Virus record (IMG/VR): IMGVR_UViG_3300030104_002283
Coordinates: 1-57,636 of that record
Strand: one strand, 5' to 3'
DNA from: a virus
Lineage: Duplodnaviria; Caudoviricetes
Length of the DNA: 57,636 bases
Within the stretch, counting starts at the first letter, position 1. The number at the start of each line of letters is the position of its first letter. Below the pieces are notes generated by a model. That model worked only from the letters and a program-made list of their open reading frames with translations, was not told where the DNA came from and searched no databases. Below are positions 19,258 to 27,035 of the stretch, piece by piece. The translations under genes and the position numbers were made by a program.

Positions 19258-19950
19258 CTAAATGTGATTGTTAAAAGGAACAAATCTTACTGATGCTCTT
19301 TCTCTATCTGCATCACTAACATCATTCCATAATTCTTCATACTTTTGTTTTATTATAGGTAGTTTTTGTAAAGCATCATTGTTTTTACAAGCAATATTAT
19401 ATGCTAAACCATAAGTCATACATGGTAAATATCTTGTAGGTACAGCAGTATTGTTAGTTGCAACATTACCTGTATCTTCTATTTTTTTTACATAAAAATA
19501 TACTAATGTATATGTTTCATTACCATCTGGAGATGACCATAGTTTAATTGTTGGTGTGCTTATATTTCTATCAAAATAAAATAAACTTGGTTTACCTTTG
19601 TTTAGCTTATTAGATATGTGTGCATATTCACTTACAGATATTCTTCTAAGTGTTTGGTCAACTTGTTTATTTACATCACTAGCATCTGTTCTTATAAAAG
19701 CTTCTATTATATCTAACACATTACTATCTAATGTATAGTCTGATGTGCCTTCTGTTAATGTTTGTGTAGCTTCCTCTACACTAAAAAGATTTAAACCTCT
19801 GTTTTGCCATTCAAGAAATAATAAATCTAAAGCTCTTCTAGCTGTTTTATACTCATAGCCTGAACGCAATTCAAGTCCACATAACTCATATGCTTCCTCA
19901 ATAATATCACTTAAATCTAAGTTAAATGTAGTTGTTCCGCTTGTTGCCAT
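19258..19950 (-). CDS. Putative head-tail connector/tail tubular A-like protein
   Basis: MATSGT..F.LD, ARR.L.L...EW.NRG.N, G.P...Y.DR, P.R.LPC...GLAY. Confidence 0.6.
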   Translation of the reverse strand: MATSGTTTFNLDLSDIIEEAYELCGLELRSGYEYKTARRALDLLFLEWQNRGLNLFSVEEATQTLTEGTSDYTLDSNVLDIIEAFIRTDASDVNKQVDQTLRRISVSEYAHISNKLNKGKPSLFYFDRNISTPTIKLWSSPDGNETYTLVYFYVKKIEDTGNVATNNTAVPTRYLPCMTYGLAYNIACKNNDALQKLPIIKQKYEELWNDVSDADRERASVRFVPFNNHI

Positions 19951-20186
19951 TATCTATACCTTGCTGTTTTCTTTGCTATCTTTTTAGGTTGTTTTACAAA
20001 CTGTTTACCTTTTCTATTTCCTTTTGCTTTAGCTCTATTAGTAGCTGCTTTTTCAGATTTACTTAAAGCTTTCCATGCTTTGTCAGGTAAGTATCTTTTT
20101 TTTCCTTTACTCGGTTTTCCATCAGAAGTACGCCATTTTTGTTTACCCCAATCTTTTAAAGACCTTTGTGATTTTTTCAATGGCAT
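19950..20186 (-). CDS. Small very basic protein
   Basis: SLK.W.KQKWRT..GKPS; Lys/Arg-rich. Confidence 0.7.
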   Translation of the reverse strand: MPLKKSQRSLKDWGKQKWRTSDGKPSKGKKRYLPDKAWKALSKSEKAATNRAKAKGNRKGKQFVKQPKKIAKKTARYR

Positions 20187-20860
20187 TAGTCTTCCTCTTC
20201 AAAACCTTCACTATATAAATTATTAAATGTTATTTCAGGACTTAAATAACTTTCATGTGCTTCTGCTGAATGTAAATATTGTGATGGTGCAAAATCTGGT
20301 GGTCCTTCTCCCGTTATCCATAATGCAGGACTAGTAGCTCTTACTCTATTATTAGGTAGTGCTACAAAATTACCTTTCCATTTACAATCTTCAGTTATAT
20401 ATAACACATGACTTTGTTTATGTTGTGCAGGACAATCTGCTATAGAGTTACCTGTGTAATCTACAGTAAACATATATTTAGCACGATAAAAACCATTATC
20501 AATTTTTGCTATCCAAGGACTAGAGCTTACCCTGTCAATTACTACAACAGAATGATTTCTTGCTTCACAATCCCAAGGTTGTGCTAAATGGTCTTCCATT
20601 GGTTCTCCCCATTCTTCAGAAGGTATATCTGCTACTAAAGCTTGTATTGGCATACGAGCCCACATAGCTCCACCATGTACATCTTCATCATCATCACAAC
20701 CCGTAAAAACAACTTGAAATGATAATGACCTATCAGGTATTGTATTTACTGCCATAGCTATAGCATGTAAATATTCTCCATGATATTTTTCGTGATTTGC
20801 TGTAAATTCTTTTCTTACCCAGCATTTAAAGTAAGGTATATTACTAATTAAATAAGGCAT
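20186..20860 (-). CDS. Hypothetical phage protein
   Basis: Long coupled ORF with W/C/H-rich motifs (GAMWARMP, QPWDC, QHKQSH, ALPNNR). Confidence 0.7.
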   Translation of the reverse strand: MPYLISNIPYFKCWVRKEFTANHEKYHGEYLHAIAMAVNTIPDRSLSFQVVFTGCDDDEDVHGGAMWARMPIQALVADIPSEEWGEPMEDHLAQPWDCEARNHSVVVIDRVSSSPWIAKIDNGFYRAKYMFTVDYTGNSIADCPAQHKQSHVLYITEDCKWKGNFVALPNNRVRATSPALWITGEGPPDFAPSQYLHSAEAHESYLSPEITFNNLYSEGFEEED

Positions 20861-21157
20861 TTATTTATATCCTCCACCAGCTTTTTTATAAGCTTTAGCC
20901 ATCATTTGTGCTTTACGAGCAGACCATTGACCAGCTTTACCACCTTTAGTTCCAGCTTTTATTCTGTTAAATATTCTTTTACGCAATCCGGGTTTAGTAT
21001 AATTACCAGCTTCATTAACTCTACTTTTACTTTTTTTTCTAGTTTTACCACCTTTTTTAAATTCTATAGATTCTAAAGTTTTAGCTTGACCTGCATGTGT
21101 TTTACTAGCTTTTTTTAAACCTTTAATTACTTTGTTAATTTTTTGTGCTCTACTCAT
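20861..21157 (-). CDS. Small very basic protein
   Basis: NYTKP.LRKR, GQWSARKAQ...K.YK.AGGGYK. Confidence 0.7.
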   Translation of the reverse strand: MSRAQKINKVIKGLKKASKTHAGQAKTLESIEFKKGGKTRKKSKSRVNEAGNYTKPGLRKRIFNRIKAGTKGGKAGQWSARKAQMMAKAYKKAGGGYK

Positions 21158-21447
21158 TATTTTTTACCATGTAATTTTCTTATAGCTTCTTTACCTTTTT
21201 TAAATATATTTGCTACTTGTTTTTTACCCATAACCTTTGACCTTTGTTCTCCTACTGTAAGTATTTGAATTTTACGAGCAAATGGTTTTTTAATTTTTTT
21301 AACTTTAGCTACAGTTGCTCTAGCATCTGCAGGTGTAGCAAACTTAATACTAACTGTATCTTTAGGATTTTCGTCAGTATATAACCTACGACTAGAGCCT
21401 TTAGGTTTTTTTCCTGTTCCTACTTTTGGGTCTTTTTTGCTTCGCAT
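21157..21447 (-). CDS. Small very basic protein
   Basis: RRLYTDENPKDTV; coupled ORF. Confidence 0.7.
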   Translation of the reverse strand: MRSKKDPKVGTGKKPKGSSRRLYTDENPKDTVSIKFATPADARATVAKVKKIKKPFARKIQILTVGEQRSKVMGKKQVANIFKKGKEAIRKLHGKK

Positions 21448-21516
21448 TATTAATAATTTTATTTTTTTTTGATGCTGGTGCTTTTAAAGTACTTTGTCTA
21501 AACGCAGTTCTGGACA

Positions 21517-21810
21517 TTACCATTTTACTTTATCTGCCCAGTATGCAGCTGACATTTTACCTTTTCTAATATTTTTTCTATGTCTAGCTTTAAAAGACTT
21601 TCTTTTCATTTTCATTCTACGAGACTCACCCTTTTTAGGTTTACCTGCAGTCTTAGCACCTTTCTCGCCAAATCTAATAGTTTTTATTTTGTTGCCTTCT
21701 TTTGCAACAACTATATGAGATTTTTTAGGGTGGTTAGGGGTACGTTTTGGTTTGTTGTACCCACTAACACCTGCTCTCTTTAAACGAGAATCTTTGGTAG
21801 AACGGCTCAT
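21517..21810 (-). CDS. Small very basic protein
   Basis: YNKPKRTP.HPKKSH.V.A, IRFG, SF.ARH, SAAYWA.KVKW. Confidence 0.7.
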   Translation of the reverse strand: MSRSTKDSRLKRAGVSGYNKPKRTPNHPKKSHIVVAKEGNKIKTIRFGEKGAKTAGKPKKGESRRMKMKRKSFKARHRKNIRKGKMSAAYWADKVKW

Positions 21811-21819
21811 AGTTTATTA

Positions 21820-22029
21820 CTAAACTCTACCACCTATTTTCTTTTTAAGTATTTCATTAAAAGTTTTTGGCATAGCTCTAGTTTTAGCAGTTTTTCCACC
21901 TCGCATAGCTCTAGTTTTAGCAGTTTTTCCACCTCGCATAGTTCTAGTCTTGGCAGTCTTACCACCTCGCATAGTTTTAGTTTTGGTGTTTTTACCACCT
22001 TTCATAGTTTTAGTTTTTGATGTTTTCAT
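21820..22029 (-). CDS. Basic tandem-repeat peptide (11-aa unit MRGGKTAKTRA)
   Basis: 33-nt tandem repeats from 21871 onward. Confidence 0.7.
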   Translation of the reverse strand: MKTSKTKTMKGGKNTKTKTMRGGKTAKTRTMRGGKTAKTRAMRGGKTAKTRAMPKTFNEILKKKIGGRV

Positions 22030-22214
22030 TTTTTCACCTTTGGTTTTTTAGCTGGTTTTTTTGCAGCTGGTTTCTTTTTTGGTTTGAGTTCTTTAAGCAT
22101 AGCGTCAGCTTCTTTTGCTCTTAATGGTCCTGCTACTAATTCTTCGCCATTCCATATAACATAAGCTGGGTCGCCATTTTCAAAGTGCCCGTTTTCTTCT
22201 TTTTTAATTGTCAT
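22026..22214 (-). CDS. Small protein with histone H1-like Lys/Pro/Ala tail
   Basis: KPKKKPAAKKPAKKPKVKK. Confidence 0.65.
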   Translation of the reverse strand: MTIKKEENGHFENGDPAYVIWNGEELVAGPLRAKEADAMLKELKPKKKPAAKKPAKKPKVKK

Positions 22215-22222
22215 AGTTTCAC

Positions 22223-22627
22223 CTATTCGTAAATTTTAGTTAATACTAATATTATAGAGTATGCATCTCCGCTAGAATGACCAACAGTTGTAAAGTCAAT
22301 ATCTCCAGTTTTACCTGAACCTGCATTGTTAGGAATACCAGTAAATAAATCGTAATACTCATCACCTGTGCTATCTGCTGGTAATGGCATAGCTAATACA
22401 TTTGTACTAGCATCAAATTCAATATTTACTCTCATTCCTACACAAGCCCAATATATTCTTGATATTGTTACTGAAGTGCATGACTGCCCTAAACTATTAG
22501 CTTTTAGAGCAGACACATCAACTTTTTTTACTGCTGATTCACCAGTGCCATCACTAGCATTAGTAAACTTCATAATAGCAATTTTATCGCCATCTTGAAT
22601 AGTTTGTGAAGTTACTGTATCAGCCAT
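22223..22627 (-). CDS. Virion structural protein
   Basis: SDGTGES.V.KVDVSAL, TGDI.FTT; head cluster; RBS GGAG. Confidence 0.6.
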   Translation of the reverse strand: MADTVTSQTIQDGDKIAIMKFTNASDGTGESAVKKVDVSALKANSLGQSCTSVTISRIYWACVGMRVNIEFDASTNVLAMPLPADSTGDEYYDLFTGIPNNAGSGKTGDIDFTTVGHSSGDAYSIILVLTKIYE

Positions 22628-22636
22628 AATCTACTC

Positions 22637-23161
22637 CTATGCGTCAGAAAATGCTGGAACATCTGCACCTTCTTGATTACCCCAGATATACCAATTAGTA
22701 CTATCTTTAGCTAATATATTAATTTCAAACAAACCAAAGTCTGTAAGCGTTAATATAGAGTTAGAGTTACCATCTGAATATACAGAAACATTATCTGCAT
22801 TAGAATCTAAATGTACTATACCGCCTATATAGAAGTTAGTATTAGAACCAGTGCTAATAATTAAGTTTTCTGTTTCTTCTGCAGCACCACCATAAATTAA
22901 TTTAAAGTGAACACCTGCTGATGGGGAAGGTAATGTTAATGTACAGTTCGCTGATAAAGCAGGAACAACAGAAACTCTACCACCATGAGTAGTTGCTGTT
23001 AAAGAAATAGCTGTAGTGTCAGCTAAAGCTACAGGAGTAACTTGCATACCATCACCATTTAAAGTGAACTCTGTAGTTACAGCACCTGTAGTTGAATTTT
23101 TAGATACGACTTGGAAGCCGTTCTCGGACCTGACTGGTCCATTAAAGGTTGAATTAGCCAT
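22637..23161 (-). CDS. Capsid-associated/decoration protein
   Basis: MANSTFNGPVRSENGF N-terminus; first gene after the major capsid. Confidence 0.55.
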   Translation of the reverse strand: MANSTFNGPVRSENGFQVVSKNSTTGAVTTEFTLNGDGMQVTPVALADTTAISLTATTHGGRVSVVPALSANCTLTLPSPSAGVHFKLIYGGAAEETENLIISTGSNTNFYIGGIVHLDSNADNVSVYSDGNSNSILTLTDFGLFEINILAKDSTNWYIWGNQEGADVPAFSDA

Positions 23162-23183
23162 GTCTTTCTCCTAAAAGAAAATA

Positions 23184-23240
23184 TCTATCATCTTGGCAAA
23201 GTCTGCTAGGGCAGTTGATAGACAATTAATAAATCCCTAG
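23184..23240 (-). ncRNA. Pseudoknotted RNA element downstream of the capsid gene (Mu-gpT-DE-like)
   Basis: On the minus strand CTAGGG(23240-35) pairs with CCCTAG(23211-06) and TCTATCA(23222-16) with TGATAGA(23190-84) in H-type order; location matches the described Mu-like gpT downstream element. Confidence 0.6.
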
Positions 23241-23245
23241 TTACG

Positions 23246-23270
23246 AAAAAAGGGGAGCACAAGGCTCCCC
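23246..23270 (-). terminator. Rho-independent terminator after the major capsid gene
   Basis: GGGGAGC-5 nt-GCTCCCC hairpin followed by U6 on the minus strand. Confidence 0.85.
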
Positions 23271-23277
23271 ATCAAAT

Positions 23278-24216
23278 TTAGCTTGAACCCGGTGAGCCAT
23301 AAATACCAAGCGGGTCTGATACTCCAAATGAGTATCTTTCTCTAGCTTTGTATCTGACATTTCCGGTGTCAAAATCTCCGTCCATAGATGTTTCCATTCC
23401 GGTTCTGTTGAAATGTTTCATGCCGTTTGGAACATCAGTGATAATGAAGAAAGCATTAGTATCAGTAAGATAATGATTAATCATATATCCTTCTGGGAAA
23501 GACCCATTATTAGATATAGCATTAATATCATTATCAGATGTACCAACTCTAAATTGAGATTCTAAAAGTCTAGTTGCTGTAAACTGCAAAGCAGATGGAA
23601 CAATTAATCTTTTAGGTCTAGCTGCTATCTTCAAACCTCTTTGGTCTACGAAGTTACTGATATTAATAACAGCATCTTCTAAAGATGTTTCATTAAGGTC
23701 TGCAGCAGTAGCAGGTCTATTAGAGTTTTTACCTCCATTTACTAATGGGTGTCCGTCCCCACCAGTAACACCATCTCCATCTGCAGTAAATAAGTTTACT
23801 CCGTCTCCTGATTGGAAAGAATTTGTAAACCCATTATTGAGTGGAAAAGCAGCTTTAACTTGCTTAGTGTAAGCCATAGCTCTTGCTAATGCTTTAGTAT
23901 ATCGAGCAGAAAGTGAATCATAAAGGTTATCCTCTATTGCTTCCTCTGTAATCGCAAAACCTAAAGCGATGGTTTCATGGTTGTATCTAGCTGTAAAGCT
24001 TTCTTGTGCTGAATCATAAGTGATTGCTGCACCTTCATCTTTTACAACTGCTTGATTAAATCCACTTAACTGAACTTCTTCTTCAAAACTTCTATCAGAA
24101 TTTTCAGTTTCGTAAATCATAGTATGCTCATCTTCGTACTTTTCGTACTCCAATCCAAACAATGCGTTTAGTCCGGGTAGGAGTTCTTTTAACATTTGTG
24201 CTCTTGAAATAGCCAT
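23278..24216 (-). CDS. Major capsid protein (Mu gpT-like, HK97 fold)
   Basis: MAISRAQ..KEL.PGLNALFGLEY, EEA.EDNLY, DFDTGN.RYKARERYSFG.SD; strong codon bias; terminator follows. Confidence 0.88.
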   Translation of the reverse strand: MAISRAQMLKELLPGLNALFGLEYEKYEDEHTMIYETENSDRSFEEEVQLSGFNQAVVKDEGAAITYDSAQESFTARYNHETIALGFAITEEAIEDNLYDSLSARYTKALARAMAYTKQVKAAFPLNNGFTNSFQSGDGVNLFTADGDGVTGGDGHPLVNGGKNSNRPATAADLNETSLEDAVINISNFVDQRGLKIAARPKRLIVPSALQFTATRLLESQFRVGTSDNDINAISNNGSFPEGYMINHYLTDTNAFFIITDVPNGMKHFNRTGMETSMDGDFDTGNVRYKARERYSFGVSDPLGIYGSPGSS

Positions 24217-24232
24217 AATTTATTCTCCTATA

Positions 24233-24811
24233 TTAAACGCCTGTTGTATTGGTTAATTGATGTCCTGCGTTAAAGACAACAATAACATCTGTAAATGAGT
24301 CGCCAACTGCACTATCAGGTCCGTTTACGAACTCAATAATTTTAACTGGCAAAGTATTGGTTGTTGCAATCGTACTGCTATCAACAGCATTTTTGCTTCG
24401 ACCTATACTTGTACTACCTGCTGTTTGAACAACAGCAGCATTGTTTCCTAATGCTGTTTGTGCTAATGAAGCATCACCTTGCATTTGCATTTCAACAAAA
24501 GGGTCATCAACAACATACGCACTAATATCACTTGCACTTGTAGATGCTGGATATGTTTGTGAGAATGTTAATTGGTTTGTATTTGGGTCAGTGTATGACA
24601 CACCTACAAATACTCCTACTGGAGTACAAGCTGTAGTTCCTGTGTCTTTTTCGACAGTACCAGAACTGACAAGCTTTACAAAATCTCCGTAGAATATAGC
24701 AGTGCCGTAACCGGAAGCTATCTTGTAATGTCTAACTTTTCCTGTAAAAGAGCCATTAGAACTAAGACAACCTACTGGTTCTGCACCCATTGGGGTAGCT
24801 GAAGCAGCCAT
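24233..24811 (-). CDS. Capsid cement/decoration protein
   Basis: IF.GD.V, GVF.G..YTD, AYVVDDP; directly upstream of the MCP. Confidence 0.6.
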   Translation of the reverse strand: MAASATPMGAEPVGCLSSNGSFTGKVRHYKIASGYGTAIFYGDFVKLVSSGTVEKDTGTTACTPVGVFVGVSYTDPNTNQLTFSQTYPASTSASDISAYVVDDPFVEMQMQGDASLAQTALGNNAAVVQTAGSTSIGRSKNAVDSSTIATTNTLPVKIIEFVNGPDSAVGDSFTDVIVVFNAGHQLTNTTGV

Positions 24812-24863
24812 ATAATTCTCCTAAAATTTTTAAAAGAGGGCTTCTAGCTAAATTATTATTTAG

Positions 24864-25343
24864 TTATTTGCCACCAAATGAGGTTCTCGTTTTGCGGTCT
24901 GGTTTTAACATAGGCATACGAGGGTCATTTTCTTTTAAATAGTTATTATCAACGGCTTCCATTTGTTCTCTTGCAACTTTTCTGTAGTATTCATCTCTTT
25001 GTTCCATTAACTCTCTAGGAGCTTTACAAAGTAATAAACCGCCTACTTCCATGTTGCCTTTCTCAGCCCATTCAGAATCCACATCACAAACTAAATGTAA
25101 TTCAGGGTGGTCCTCTGCTCTAACAGGTTCCCAACCTTCTCTAAATTTAGAACTAACATTTACATTATTAGGTTTTCCTAATATTGATGTAGCTATCCAC
25201 CTAAATACCCAGCCATCTTGCGGTGTTGGATTAGGTAGTTTTGATTGTGGCTCCCAAGGTTGAGTTCTTTTTTCAGACTCTCTGGATTCCGATTCTCTTG
25301 CAGCTCTTGTAACTTCTTCAGTTACATTTTCATTATCAGCCAT
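24864..25343 (-). CDS. Head-module hypothetical protein
   Basis: FRWI, REGWEPV, GGLLLCK; start set at MADNEN (RBS GGAGG). Confidence 0.7.
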   Translation of the reverse strand: MADNENVTEEVTRAARESESRESEKRTQPWEPQSKLPNPTPQDGWVFRWIATSILGKPNNVNVSSKFREGWEPVRAEDHPELHLVCDVDSEWAEKGNMEVGGLLLCKAPRELMEQRDEYYRKVAREQMEAVDNNYLKENDPRMPMLKPDRKTRTSFGGK

Positions 25344-26391
25344 TCTGCACCTCCTTGGCGAGTTGTTTGGCATATTGTTCTGGTGTTAAACCCAAACGCC
25401 TTGCGAGAGCAACTTGGGTTCCTGTCAACTGTACTTTGCGTGGCATAGCACCATTGTTTCTTGTCGCTGGTGCTACAACATTCGATGGTTTTTTGGAAAT
25501 CACAGTTTCAACAACTTCTTCGTTGCCGACAGATATTTCTTCTTCTCCAAAAAATTCAGGAAATTTTCCACGCATACGCTTGTCAACTTCCTGATAATAC
25601 TGGTCGCTAGTAGGATATATGCCCTCATCTTGTATTAGAGTTTCATGTAGCCCATAAGCATAACCAGTCATGTCTTTATGTTCTTTATTTCCAAACCAAG
25701 TATTTTTTTGCAACCACTCTACTGCCTTTGGGTCAGGTGGAGTGTGTTGTTGTACTGGTTGTGGTTGTTGTGCAACATTTTGTTGTTGCATTTGTTGCAT
25801 TTGCTGTTGTCTAGCTTCTGTTTGCTGTTGATAGTAGTTTAATTTTTCGTTAGCACTTTTTGCATCTACTTGTGCAGATAAAATCTTTTCATTAGCAGCT
25901 AACATTTTATCTGTATCACCAGCTTCATAAGCTTCTTTAAATTCAGCTTTACCCTGCTCTAATTCTGCAGTAGCTTTAGCTGATATTTGTCCAAGTAAAG
26001 CTTCTTCTCCTTTGTTAATTAAAGCAGATAATCTTTTATTTTCATCTTGGATTTTTTGAGCATAACCAACGGCTTCATCTCTTAATTTTTCTGAAGCTTC
26101 TTTAGCTCGTCTTTCTTCGTGATAGTCGTATTTAATTTTATCAATTCTTTTTTGGACTTTTTCACTAATACCATCTATTTCTTCTTCAACTCCATCAGTT
26201 GTAGTTTTTACTTTAGGTGGTCTTCTATCCTCTGCAGGTCTATCATCTATAACTTCTACTTGAAGTTCATCTGTAGATTCTACTTTGGGTTCTTTTTCAA
26301 AGGTGGTTTTAACACCAAAGAACTTTTCTTCTTTAGAAGATTGCGGTGCTTGTTCCGTAACTTCTTGATTTGCTGTAGTATTTTCACTCAT
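25336..26391 (-). CDS. Capsid scaffolding protein
   Basis: Acidic coiled coil, PDPKA..W...N.WFG, C-terminal V.LT..QVA.A.RLG.T.EQYA. Confidence 0.7.
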   Translation of the reverse strand: MSENTTANQEVTEQAPQSSKEEKFFGVKTTFEKEPKVESTDELQVEVIDDRPAEDRRPPKVKTTTDGVEEEIDGISEKVQKRIDKIKYDYHEERRAKEASEKLRDEAVGYAQKIQDENKRLSALINKGEEALLGQISAKATAELEQGKAEFKEAYEAGDTDKMLAANEKILSAQVDAKSANEKLNYYQQQTEARQQQMQQMQQQNVAQQPQPVQQHTPPDPKAVEWLQKNTWFGNKEHKDMTGYAYGLHETLIQDEGIYPTSDQYYQEVDKRMRGKFPEFFGEEEISVGNEEVVETVISKKPSNVVAPATRNNGAMPRKVQLTGTQVALARRLGLTPEQYAKQLAKEVQNG

Positions 26392-26392
26392 A

Positions 26393-26794
26393 TTAAATTA
26401 CCTTTACAATACCTCTAGGGTCTTCGACAACAGCTTCTACACTGTCATCATTAATTAAACGAAATTCTTTTCCATGTACTTTAAATCTAGTACCTGAATA
26501 AGAACGCATAATAATCCAATCGCCCTTTTCACAATAAGGACCATTTGGAAATCTTTTTTTATCTTGATAACAGTCATCTCCCATATCCAGAATAAAACCA
26601 CAAATAGAACCAACTTCTTCAACTTGTAATGTTTGTGAAGCTTTGATAATTCCACCTTTTGTTTGTTCTTCTGGCTCTGGTAGAGCTATTAAGATTTTGT
26701 AACCTTTTGGTATTGGTAATTGTTTTGCTGTTCTTTCTTCAACTTGTTTAGTTTTTTGTTGACGATTTGTAACAACTTTTGCAGGTTTAGTCAT
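26393..26794 (-). CDS. groES: Co-chaperonin GroES-like
   Basis: P.GYKIL, TKGGII, GD.I....YSGT..K..G.E.R.INDD.V.AVV. Confidence 0.8.
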   Translation of the reverse strand: MTKPAKVVTNRQQKTKQVEERTAKQLPIPKGYKILIALPEPEEQTKGGIIKASQTLQVEEVGSICGFILDMGDDCYQDKKRFPNGPYCEKGDWIIMRSYSGTRFKVHGKEFRLINDDSVEAVVEDPRGIVKVI

Positions 26795-26834
26795 ATTTTT
26801 CTCCTTGCACTAGATTAAGGTCTAGGTCCTTGCG

Positions 26835-27035
26835 TCATTGTTGACGATTTGCTATTTCCTGTAGGTCGAGTATATCTCTTTCTACTATAGCGAGTCCAGC
26901 AATTACACCTGTTAAATGTCTGTACTCTTCAAAATTTTTGCACCCACCACCTGATAGATGGTCAGCGTGTTCGTTCATATGTTCTCTAATTTTTTTTCTT
27001 AGAGCATCTATAAAATTTGTATCTGATGCAGCCAT
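26835..27035 (-). CDS. Small head-module protein
   Basis: L..G....EEYR...G.I.GL motif after the portal. Confidence 0.65.
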   Translation of the reverse strand: MAASDTNFIDALRKKIREHMNEHADHLSGGGCKNFEEYRHLTGVIAGLAIVERDILDLQEIANRQQ

